Notes under the pieces: model-generated
The model's database searches: none
What the model was told of the DNA's origin: nothing
The model's input: only the letters and a program-made list of their open reading frames with translations
Position numbers and translations under genes: made by a program
NCBI GenBank assembly: GCA_963785725.1
Contig: CAWAWS010000014.1
Coordinates: 320,001 to 384,000, forward strand
From: an uncultured delta proteobacterium
Lineage (GTDB): Bacteria > Myxococcota_A > Polyangia > Palsa-1104
Length of the DNA stretch: 64,000 nt
Direction: 5' to 3'
Part shown: one piece after another, positions 31,725 to 41,221 of the stretch
Layout of the letters: each line of letters begins with the position of its first letter
Numbering within the stretch: the stretch's first letter is position 1

Positions 31725-34609
31725 GGCTGCACCGTCACGCCGGCGATGTCGACGGCGTGGTCGGGCGCGGCGTGCGCGCCGTCAATCGGCGCGCGGTCGA
31801 GCCCTTTGAACAGGCCGACGCGCACGCGCAAGGGGCCGCGCGGAAAGTCGAGCGGCAGCTTCACTTGCACGCGATCGCGCAAGAACGTGCCCGGCCTGAG
31901 GCGCGACAGCGGGAAGGTGTTCTCGACGGGATCGTGGTCGGCGTTGACCATGCGGCCGGTCGCGCTCTCGACGTGCATGAAGAGGCGCCAGCCCGGCTCG
32001 AGCCGCTGCTTGGCGTGCCAATAGAGGGCGATTTCGAAGGGCTCGCCGCGCTTGACCGGCGTCGCCGGCAGGTCGGCGCCGTCGAGCACGAGCGCGCCGC
32101 CGATGACGTCGCCGAGCGCGACTTTGGGGGCGAACGGCGTCGTCGCGACGTTGCCGGTGACGCGGCGCGCGAAGTCGGGCGGCAGCGCGATGAGGTCCAT
32201 CCACGCCGCCAATTGCGCCGACAGCGCCGCCTCCGCCGGCTCGCCCGTGCCCGCCAAGTCGTGCTCTTCCAGCGCGTCGTCCGCGCGGCGATAGAGCTCG
32301 CTCGTGCCGTCGGGGATCAAGTTGCGGATGAAGTGCCAGTCGCTGGTGGCGATGGCGCGTTTTTGCGTGCCGTTGTAGCGCGACGACGGCCCTTCGTAGG
32401 TCACTTCCTGGAAGATCGCGCCCTTCTTGTCGTCGGGCGTGGCGCCGGTGATGAGGCCGAGGCGGCTCTGCCCGAGCAGCGTCGGCTCTTTGTCGGCCGC
32501 GACGCCGATGGCGTTGAGCAGCGTCGGCGCGATGTCGACGTGGCCGGCGGGCGTGGCCACGATCTTCGGCGCCGTGCCCGGGATGTGCACGATGAGCGGC
32601 ACGCGCGTCTCGTTCGCATACAGGTGATAGCCGTGGCGTTTGTCGGGCGGAATGCCGTGCTCGCCGAAGCCGTCGCCGTGATCGGAGGTGACGATGACGA
32701 TCGTCTTGTCCCACAAACCAGCGGCTTTCAGCGCGTCCAAAACTCGACCGATATGGAAGTCGGTAAAACGAATTTCGCCGTCATATAAATCGACCTCGTC
32801 ATTACCGAAGTTCGATTCCGGCATATCGGGATGACGCTCGAAATCGAAGTGCGTATCGTAGAAATGGGTCCACAAGAAGAACTTCTGGTTGCGGTTTTTG
32901 CCGATCCAATCGACGACTTCGTCGGCCAGCTGGCGCGACGAGGTGCCCGACGTGCGCGCCGGATTGACGCCGGCGCCCGAATGCAGCGTCTGCAGATGGT
33001 AGTCGTATTCGTCGAAACCTTGATTCAAACCCCAACCGGATTCGAAATAATAATAAGAGAGAAACGCGGCGGTATGAAAGCCGTTGTCCTTCATGATCTC
33101 GGCGAGCATGCGGTTTTCCGGCAGCACGCGCGGCGGCCAATGCTCGAGGCTGGTGGCGATCGTCGACGGATAACGGCCGCTCAGAATCGCCGGAATCGAA
33201 TAGCGCGTCGACGGCGCGTGCGCCCAGGCGTCGGCAAAGCGCGTCGACTCGCGCGCCAGGGCGTCGAGCCGCGGCGTCGTCGCGCGCGCATAGCCGTAGG
33301 CGCCGACGTGATCGGCGCGCAACGCGTCGATGGTGATGAGCACGACGTTGGTGTCGGCCGGCAGGTTGGGCGGCGTGACCCACGGCGTCGTCGCCGCCGT
33401 CGCCAGCGTGGCCGAGTGGCCGTTGCAGTCTTGGTCGATGCCGTCGTCGGGCCAGTCGAGCGCGCCCGGGTGCACGTCGCGGTCGAAGTCGTCGCAGTCG
33501 CCGCCGCCGAGGATGGACGAGTAGCCGTCGCCGTCGAAGTCGGCGGCACGCTGCAGGACGCCGATGATGGGGCCGCTCGCGCCGGTGAACGAGCTGGCCG
33601 CCTTGCGCACGCGGTCGGAGCGGCCGAGGCCGAGCGCGATCGTCAAGAGCACGAGCGGGACGGCGACGGCGATGAGGCCGCGCAGCCAGATGGGACGGCG
33701 GCGCAACCCGTCGCCGGCGTCGGTCGAGAGCGCGGCCACGACGACGAAGAAGGCCAGCGCCAGCGCCGTAAACGGCCGCAAATCGAGCTGGCGCACCAGC
33801 GGCCACTCGACGGCGGTGACGAGGAGGAGCGGCAGCGTCGTCGCCAGCGCCAGCGACACGAGCGCGCCGCGCGGCGTGGCCAGCGCTCGCTCGCGCAGCG
33901 GCAGCTGGCGCGCGATGAAGTGCGCGCCCAAGAGGCACACGAGCATGATGAGCGGCGCCCACACGCCGAGCGTCTGCGCCTTGACCGGCAGCGGCATGCG
34001 CCGCTGACCTTCGAGCCAATAGAGCAGCGCCGCGACCCCGGCCGCGCCGGCGTAGAGACCGAGGAACCAGGCGCCCGCTTCCAGGCCCGCGGGCACGCGA
34101 AAACGCAGCTTGGCGCGCGGTCCGACGCGGATGATCAGCGACAAGACCGCCGCCAGCACCAGCGTCAACAACAGGCCGGCGAAGAAGATGCCCGTCGCCG
34201 CCGCCGCCACCAGCGCCGCGATCAAGACGCGATGGTGATAGACGTGCAGCGTGTCGAGCGTGATGGGCGCGACCAACAGGCCGACGGCGACGAGCATCGC
34301 CGCCGCGGCCACGACGTAGGCGACGATGCGGGCGCCGGCCGACTCCTCGCCGGCGAAGGCGGCGCGCCAGATCTTGCCGCCGTCCGAGCCCCAGACGATC
34401 GCGCCCAGCGCCAGGCCGACGAGCGCCAAGCCAACGCTGCCGGCGGCGCCGTAGAGCGTCGCGAGAAAGAGGGCGAGCTTCCATTTTCCGGCCGGCAAAA
34501 AGGCGCCGGCTCGCGTGAGCGTTTGGGCGAAGTCGGAGAGGCCGGCGGTGACGCCGCCGATGGCTCCCAGCAGCGCGCCGCGCGCGGCCAGCGCACGTGG
34601 GGGTCGCAT
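31721..34609 (-). CDS. Membrane-anchored sulfatase-fold (alkaline phosphatase superfamily) enzyme
   Basis: ~8-9 TM N-terminus; DCDD..HPGA.D...DGIDQDC motif; NVVLITIDALRADH, APSTRYS, YDGEI and TSDHG. Confidence 0.85.
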   Translation of the reverse strand: MRPPRALAARGALLGAIGGVTAGLSDFAQTLTRAGAFLPAGKWKLALFLATLYGAAGSVGLALVGLALGAIVWGSDGGKIWRAAFAGEESAGARIVAYVVAAAAMLVAVGLLVAPITLDTLHVYHHRVLIAALVAAAATGIFFAGLLLTLVLAAVLSLIIRVGPRAKLRFRVPAGLEAGAWFLGLYAGAAGVAALLYWLEGQRRMPLPVKAQTLGVWAPLIMLVCLLGAHFIARQLPLRERALATPRGALVSLALATTLPLLLVTAVEWPLVRQLDLRPFTALALAFFVVVAALSTDAGDGLRRRPIWLRGLIAVAVPLVLLTIALGLGRSDRVRKAASSFTGASGPIIGVLQRAADFDGDGYSSILGGGDCDDFDRDVHPGALDWPDDGIDQDCNGHSATLATAATTPWVTPPNLPADTNVVLITIDALRADHVGAYGYARATTPRLDALARESTRFADAWAHAPSTRYSIPAILSGRYPSTIATSLEHWPPRVLPENRMLAEIMKDNGFHTAAFLSYYYFESGWGLNQGFDEYDYHLQTLHSGAGVNPARTSGTSSRQLADEVVDWIGKNRNQKFFLWTHFYDTHFDFERHPDMPESNFGNDEVDLYDGEIRFTDFHIGRVLDALKAAGLWDKTIVIVTSDHGDGFGEHGIPPDKRHGYHLYANETRVPLIVHIPGTAPKIVATPAGHVDIAPTLLNAIGVAADKEPTLLGQSRLGLITGATPDDKKGAIFQEVTYEGPSSRYNGTQKRAIATSDWHFIRNLIPDGTSELYRRADDALEEHDLAGTGEPAEAALSAQLAAWMDLIALPPDFARRVTGNVATTPFAPKVALGDVIGGALVLDGADLPATPVKRGEPFEIALYWHAKQRLEPGWRLFMHVESATGRMVNADHDPVENTFPLSRLRPGTFLRDRVQVKLPLDFPRGPLRVRVGLFKGLDRAPIDGAHAAPDHAVDIAGVTVQP

Positions 34610-34649
34610 CCGTGCGGACTATAGCAGCGTGTGATAGGTTCTGCGCGCC

Positions 34650-36254
34650 ATGAATCTCCGACGGGGCACGCTCCTGGCGCTGCTGGTCGCTGCGGCCGGC
34701 GCCCTCGTGGCGCATTCGCTCGTCTTCGACTTCGTCACCGACGACGCGTACATTTCCTTCGTTTACGCGCGCAACCTCGCCCAGCACGGCCAGCTCGTCT
34801 TCAACCTCGGCGAAAAAGCGGTGGAGGGGTATACGAATTTCCTATGGACGCTGCTGTTGGCGGCGCTCTTGAAGGTCGGGCTCGTCCCGGAAGTGACCTC
34901 GCGCGTGCTCGGCACCGCCTTCGCCGTCGCCAGCTTGGGCGTGACCGCCTGGCTGTCGCGTCGCCTGCGCACCGGCAACGCCGGCGACCCGAGCGCGCGG
35001 GAGTGGTCGGCCTGGGACGCGCTGCCGGCGCTCATCTTGGCCGCCATCCCCGGCTACGCCTGCTGGGCCTCGGGCGGCCTAGAGACGCAGCTGTTCACCT
35101 TCTTCGTCCTGCTCGGCTCGGCCGGGCAGCTCGCCGAGCTCCTCGACGACGCCGCGCCGCGCAAACGCACCGCCGTCGCCTTCGGCTTGGCGGCGCTGAC
35201 GCGTCCCGAAGGCATCCTCTTTTTCGCGCTGGCGTGGCTCTATCGCCTGCTTTACCGGCGCCAGATCCTGCCGACGCGCGCCGACGTCATCGCCATCGCC
35301 TGCTTCTTGGCGCTCGTCGTCCCGCACTTCCTGTGGCGTCATTGGTACTACGGCTGGTGGCTGCCCAACACCTTCTACATCAAGTCATCCGGCATCGGCG
35401 GCCACTGGCAACAGGGCGGCTACTACTTGTGGCGCGTCGTCGAGTCCTACCACTTGTGGATCGTCCCCATCGTCGCCATCGCCGGATTCTTCACGCGCGA
35501 GGAGCGCGGCGCGCGGCTCCTCCTCGGCTACGCCACGCTCGTCGTCGCGCTCTTTGCGGTCTACGTCGCGTCCGTCGCCGGCGACTTCATGGGCCTCTTC
35601 CGCTTCATCATGCCCGCGCTGCCGCTGGTCGCGCTCGTCGCCGCCGACGGCCTCCGCCTGACGCTGTCGACGCTTCGCCCGCCGCTCGCCGCCGCCGTCG
35701 TCGCCGCGTTGCTCGCCGGCCACGTCTGGCACGCCGTCGTCGTCGATCGCGTCGCGCTCTCGAACCCGCAAGCGCCGTCCGACCGCGGCATCGACTCGCC
35801 CGCGTTCCTACGCTGGTACACCAACGATCGCGCCGCCATCGGCCGCTGGTTCGGCCGCTACGCGCGCCCCGACGACTACGCCGCCGTCGGTGGCGCCGGC
35901 GCCCAAGTCTACTTCAGCGGCATGCGCTCGCTCGACTGCTACGGCCTCTCCGACGAGCACATCGCCCACGACGTCGCGGCGAACAACTCGCGCCCCGGCC
36001 ACCAGAAATACGCGCCGGTCGACTACATCCTCTCGCGCCATCCAACCATCATCACGTCCAACAACTATCGCATCGGCGATCGCCCCTACGTCGGCGCCGA
36101 CTCCGCCTTCTGGATGCGCAACGGCTACCACTACGTTACCGTCGACGTCCCCGGCCTGAGCTCGCCGAAGTACAGCTTCCTACTCCGCAACGACCGCAGC
36201 CTAGGTCCGCTCCCCGCACTGACGCCGCAAAAACCAGAGGACCGCGAGCCATGA
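34650..36254 (+). CDS. GT-C membrane glycosyltransferase (AftB-like)
   Basis: [36 protein letters not shown] and [11 protein letters not shown]. Confidence 0.8.
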   Translation: MNLRRGTLLALLVAAAGALVAHSLVFDFVTDDAYISFVYARNLAQHGQLVFNLGEKAVEGYTNFLWTLLLAALLKVGLVPEVTSRVLGTAFAVASLGVTAWLSRRLRTGNAGDPSAREWSAWDALPALILAAIPGYACWASGGLETQLFTFFVLLGSAGQLAELLDDAAPRKRTAVAFGLAALTRPEGILFFALAWLYRLLYRRQILPTRADVIAIACFLALVVPHFLWRHWYYGWWLPNTFYIKSSGIGGHWQQGGYYLWRVVESYHLWIVPIVAIAGFFTREERGARLLLGYATLVVALFAVYVASVAGDFMGLFRFIMPALPLVALVAADGLRLTLSTLRPPLAAAVVAALLAGHVWHAVVVDRVALSNPQAPSDRGIDSPAFLRWYTNDRAAIGRWFGRYARPDDYAAVGGAGAQVYFSGMRSLDCYGLSDEHIAHDVAANNSRPGHQKYAPVDYILSRHPTIITSNNYRIGDRPYVGADSAFWMRNGYHYVTVDVPGLSSPKYSFLLRNDRSLGPLPALTPQKPEDREP

Positions 36255-36697
36255 CCTCATCCACCGTCCAACTCCGCCTGCGCGGCCTCACCCGCCGCCA
36301 CCTGCTGACGTCCCTCATCGCCGCCGCGCCGCTGCTCTACATCGCCTACCTGACGATCGCCAAACACTCGCCGCTCGTACAAAAAGTCCCCTCGATCGAC
36401 CTCATCTGCCTAGCCGCCGCGGCGCTCCCCTGGCTCTCACTCCTCGCCGCCCGCGCCACCTACCGCGCCAAATGCGACGACATCGCGCTCCACGTCCGCA
36501 ACGAAGCGCTCCCCTACAAAACCATCCGCGAGCTGCGCCTCCAAAAAACGCCGCGCCGCATCACCCTCCACCTCATCCGCTCCGAAGACATCCAACTCCA
36601 ACTAGTCCTAGCCGACGCCTTCGCCGGCCGCCTAGAACCCCTCGCCACCCTCCGCTCCCGCCTAGCCGCCCACAACCTAACCTTCCCCGAGATCTAA
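36251..36697 (+). CDS. Small hypothetical membrane protein
   Basis: ATGA overlap with the upstream gene; two hydrophobic segments; unusually G-poor codons. Confidence 0.65.
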   Translation: MTSSTVQLRLRGLTRRHLLTSLIAAAPLLYIAYLTIAKHSPLVQKVPSIDLICLAAAALPWLSLLAARATYRAKCDDIALHVRNEALPYKTIRELRLQKTPRRITLHLIRSEDIQLQLVLADAFAGRLEPLATLRSRLAAHNLTFPEI

Positions 36698-36718
36698 CTT
36701 CCAAACCCGTCTGCCGGC

Positions 36719-36780
36719 CCCAACCCAGGGGCGTGCCTTCACCCACCGCACCCAACCCAGGGGCGTGCCTTCACCCACCG
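36719..36780. repeat. Two 30-bp direct repeats
   Basis: CCCAACCCAGGGGCGTGCCTTCACCCACCG at 36719-36748 and 36751-36780. Confidence 0.9.
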
Positions 36781-36843
36781 TCTGCCGGCACCCCTCCCAA
36801 ACCGAGCGACGCCAGCCGCTCCGCTCCGGAAACCCAAAGCGCA

Positions 36844-36918
36844 GACATCATGTGCGCGCGCGAGTTGTCTCCCGCAGCCCGTAGGGCGAGGACTGTCTGA
36901 GCGCGCGCACATGATGTC
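36844..36918. repeat. REP-like element with 18-bp perfect inverted arms
   Basis: GACATCATGTGCGCGCGC (36844-36861) and GCGCGCGCACATGATGTC (36901-36918) enclose a GCCC-GTA-GGGC mini-hairpin. Confidence 0.8.
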
Positions 36919-36984
36919 GGAGCTACTTCCGGTGAATTGCCGTAGCGAAGCGTTCTACTACCGCGACTCCTACTGCTGCTGCTG

Positions 36985-39900
36985 CTACTTCACCGCCGCA
37001 GCCTTCCCCGGCTCAATCGGCGTCTCCGGCCGCGCATGCTGCTGCGCGACCCTCGGCTCCCGCTTCTCGACGACGATCGTATGCTGCGACTGCACCTGCG
37101 TATTCTCCCGCGCCACGACGGTGACGATATTGGCCCCCGTCCACAACGGAATATCCGCGTCGAAGCTCTGCGTCGCCGGATTCGCCGCTTTCCGATTCGA
37201 CCGATAGAAGACCTTCCGTCGATCAATCTTCGCCGTCCGATTCGACACGAACACGAACATGTCGGCCACGCGATGCTCGTCCGTCGCCGTGCCGCTGATG
37301 TGAATCGTCGGCGCATCGACCAACCCCGACTGCGGCTTGACCTCGAGCCGCGGCGGCGAAACCTCCCAACCCGGCACCCACGCCAGCTTGGTCGGCGCCG
37401 CGCCCGCGCCTTGCGCCGCCTGCGTCTTGGCGATGAAGCCGGGCCGCCCGTCGAGCTCGACGCGCAAGAAGTCGCCGGCCAGGCCCGTCAGTCGGAACGT
37501 CGCGCCCTTGTTGGCGCTGCCGATGATCGGCGCGTCCTTGTCGGCGCCGCCGCGAATCTGCGCCGTCGGCGCGCTGACCGTCGCCGTGCCCGTCGTCACC
37601 TGCGGATCCTTGCCGGTCGGCGCGATCGGGAACATCAGCTTGTCGGTCACGAAGTCATGCAGCACCGAGTCGTAAACCGTCAGCTCCACTTTCGCCGCGT
37701 CGCCTTTGTATTCGGGCTTCACGTCGAACGTGAAATCGACCGTCTTCGACTCGCCCGGCGCCAAATTGTCGACGTTGAAGCGGCCCTTGTTGATGAACAC
37801 GCCTTCGTCCGACAGATTGCGCAGCTGCGCCAGCGTCTCGTTCGCCTTGCCCGTGCCCGAGTTCTTGACCGTCACGTGCAAGCGCACCGACTCGCCGCGC
37901 TGCACGAGCCCGTCGCCGTTGCCCTTCAAGTCGTCGATGAGCTGATAGGCGTAGGAGAACGCCGGCCGCTCGGGACCCGCCACTTTGACGATGAGCTCGT
38001 TGGTGTCGAGCGTCGGTCTTGGCGCCGTGCTCCTCAGTGACGTCGAGCTTGAGCGGATCGACGCGCGTGATGGCGTCCTTCGGCAGCTTGACCGGCACCA
38101 CGAACGTGCGCGTCTCGCCCGGCTTGATGCGGCCGAACACGAACTCGCGCCCGTCGAAGAACGGATCGTCCGCCTTCAACGTCGCGCGCACCTGACCGGC
38201 GATGCCCGGCCCTTTGTTGGTGATCTTGGCCGTGAACTTGATGGTGTCGCCCGAGCCCACTTCCGGCTTGTCGGTGGCGATCGAGCCGACGAGCGTCGGC
38301 GCCGGACCGCTGCCCGCCGACGACCAATCGACGCCCAGCTTCTTGAGCGCGTCGGTGATGCGGCCCTGCTCCTCGCTGAGCTTCTTGTCGAAGAAGGGCT
38401 TGGACGACGCCAACACTTCACGCCGCTTCCAGCCTTTGGCCTGCGCCAACAGATCGCGCGCGAAGTCGATCTCGTAGTCCTCGACGAGCGCATCGGGATC
38501 GACCGGCGAATCCTCGTCCTCGTCGTCGGCGCCGAGGCTGTCGCCGCGTCGTCGTCGCCGTCGTCGTCGGCGGGCTTGCGCGGATCGTCGCGCAGCGGCG
38601 TCTTCGGCATCTTCTTCGGCGGCTCGAGCGCCAGGTACTTGAACGTCTCGAACGGCTTGTCGCCGTTCTTGCGCGTTCTTCGAGCTGCAGGTGCGCGTCG
38701 AGATCGGCCTCGCGCATGCCCTTGTAGTCGCGGAACAGCGAGACGCCCTTGTCCTTGTCGACGACGACCTGGTCGAGCACGACGTCGGGCGTGATGCCGA
38801 CCGACTGGATCGAGACGTCGCCGGGCGTGAGGTACTGCGCGATGGTCAGCTTGAGCGCGCGTGCCGTCGTCGTTGTCGTAGAGCACCTGCACCGAGCCCT
38901 TGCCGAAGGTGCGCGTGCCGACGATGACCGCGCGATCGAGGTTCTTGAGCGCGCCGGCGACGATCTCCGAGGCCGACGCCGAGCCGCCGTTGACCAGCAC
39001 CGCCATCGGGATGTGCGGCTGCGTGCCGGCGGTGGCGCGCTTCTCGTCGCGCTGCTTGTTGGCGTAGCCGACGGTGGTGACGATGGTGCCCGAGTCGACG
39101 AACTCGTCGGCGACCTTGATGGCCTGGTCGAGCAGGCCGCCCGGGTTGCCGCGCAGGTCGAGGACCAGCGCCTTCAATCCCTTGGACTTCAGGTCGTCCA
39201 TGGCTTTGCGCAGCTCGTCGTCGCTGTTGCCGGCGAAGTTACCGTGCAGCTTGATGTAGCCGACGCCGTTCTTGAGCATCTTGTGGTCGACCGTGTGCGT
39301 CGACATGATGGCGCGCGTCAGCGTGATCTTGCGCGCCGCCGAGTTCGGCTCGTTGGCGTGGCGCACCCAGATGTCGACCTTGGTGTCGGGCTCGCCGCGC
39401 AACCGCGACACGGCGTCGTTGATGCAGCATGTTGATCGTCGGCTCGCGATCGATGCGGATGATGCGATCGCCCGCGCGCATGCCGGCGTTGTAAGCGGGC
39501 GTGCCCGGATCGGCTTGATGACCGTGAGCTCGTTCTTGCGCACGCCGATGACGATGCCGAGACCGCCGAAAGCGCCGCGCGTCTGCAGCTTCATCTCGGC
39601 GTAGATCGACGGATCGAGCAGCATCGAGTGCGGATCGAGCGTCGACAGCATGCCGTTCGTCGCCGCGTACTCGATGTTGCGCACCGTCTCCGAGTCCATG
39701 CCCGGCGGCAGGTTCTGCGCGACGAAGCGGAAGATCTCCTTCATCTTCATCGACAGCGCCCACGGCGAATCGACCTCGCCGATGGTGAACTCCTGCTGCG
39801 CCGTGTCGACGCTGATCTTGACCTTGTTCTGCTCGGGGTGCGGCTCGACGAGCACTTCGGCCACCGACTTTTGCACCTGATCGAGCGCCGACAGCAGCAT

Positions 39901-40176
39901 CTGCTTGGGATCGACGCGCGTCGGATCGACGTAGGAGTCGTTCACGCGCATCAACGAGTTGTTGAAGATGCGCAGCGCCGCCAAGTCGTACGGCCGCTTG
40001 TCCTGGTTCGACGCCGCGCGCAGCGTCTCGCCGGCGCCGAGGTCGACGCGGCCGTGCGGCCCCGATCGGCGCACGGTCAGGCACAGCGCCAAGATCACGC
40101 TGACGAAGACGAGGAGCGGCTTGAAGTAGCGACGCATGAACGGCTGCGGGCCGGGCGGGTGGTCAAATAGGTCCAT
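36985..40176 (-). pseudogene. Long myxobacterial S41/CtpA-family carboxy-terminal protease (MXAN_5808-like), several frameshifts (probably assembly errors)
   Basis: LDPHS, FGGLGI (PDZ), LDLRGNPGG, SASASEI, TFGKGSVQ and AQYLTPGDVSIQ; beta-rich C-terminal domains continue in other frames. Start may be 40137. Confidence 0.88.
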
Positions 40177-40358
40177 CAGAATGGTCTCCCAGCATCGAGT
40201 ATACGCATGACTCGGGTGAGCGGCCGGCGGCAATCGACAGGTCGCGAACGCGAGCGAAAAAGCCGAAGCGATGGTTCAAGTTCTAAACAGTGTGACCGCG
40301 ATTGCGATTCCTATTGTGGTGAAGCTCGGACGTTCGGCGCACCGGCTTCGATCCCGCG

Positions 40359-41081
40359 TCAGCGCGAGACCAACAGCGCGGCGGCGACGACGGCCACCAA
40401 CATCGCGTCGTAGAGCAGCGCGCCCGCCGCCAACGCCGCCAGCGCGCGCAGCTCGCCGTGACGTGGCTGCTTGGGCGGTGCCGGGTCGCGATAGGGGTTG
40501 GCGCTCGGCTCGGTCAGCGGCAGCGGCTGCTTGACCTCGAGCTGCGCCAGGACGAGCCAGATGGTCGCGTCGACGAGCGCCATCGCCATCGTTCCGAGCG
40601 CGCACATTTGTGCCAGCGGCGCCTCGGCCGGCTGCGCCCACGGATCGGCCAGCGCCGGCACCATCAGCGACGCCAGCGTGCTCGCCGACAGCGCCAACAG
40701 CCACACGCGCCGTCGCTGCGCCTTGCCCAGCATCGAGGTCGCCGGCAGTCGATAGGCGCGCCGCGCGCCGTCGGTGATGAGGAGCATCGCCGGCAGCGCC
40801 AGGATGCCGAAGCCGATGCCGGCCGCGGCGCCGACGACGCTCGCGTCCAAGCCGGCGACGCCGAGCCCGACGGCTGCGCCGGCCGCGGCACCGACGGCCG
40901 GCGCCATCAGCGCCACTTGCCAGTCGCGCACCCGATCGAGCGCCGACGAGATCAGTGCGCCGAAGATGCCGAGCACCAGCGCCATCATCACGCCCGAGGA
41001 CGTGGCCGACGGAAGCTGCGCGCCGACAGCGGCGCCGATGAGCGCGAAAGGCCAGCCGAGCTGCATCGTATTTCTGCGCAT
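40359..41081 (-). CDS. Hypothetical membrane protein
   Basis: Several Ala/Gly-rich TM segments and an ANPYRD motif. Confidence 0.6.
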   Translation of the reverse strand: MRRNTMQLGWPFALIGAAVGAQLPSATSSGVMMALVLGIFGALISSALDRVRDWQVALMAPAVGAAAGAAVGLGVAGLDASVVGAAAGIGFGILALPAMLLITDGARRAYRLPATSMLGKAQRRRVWLLALSASTLASLMVPALADPWAQPAEAPLAQMCALGTMAMALVDATIWLVLAQLEVKQPLPLTEPSANPYRDPAPPKQPRHGELRALAALAAGALLYDAMLVAVVAAALLVSR

Positions 41082-41221
41082 GATGATCAGATGCGCGCCT
41101 CGACTCGATTGTAAAGCCTTCCGCGCGCCATCGCCAGCACGTTCGCATCAGATACGACGATGGCTCTACATCGAGCCGCCGATCATCGGGAAATCGCCGT
41201 GCGAAACGAACGCGTCGGCGG

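Noticed and set aside
36719..36780. 30-bp direct repeats as a CRISPR array
   Set aside because: Only two copies 2 bp apart, no spacers and no cas genes.
36971..36987. Short (CTG)n run at the S41 gene end
   Set aside because: Only about four units, outside the coding region; too short to imply phase variation.
38176..39520. Programmed frameshifting in the S41 protease
   Set aside because: Too many shifts, no slippery heptamers seen, and the pattern matches the errors in recA.
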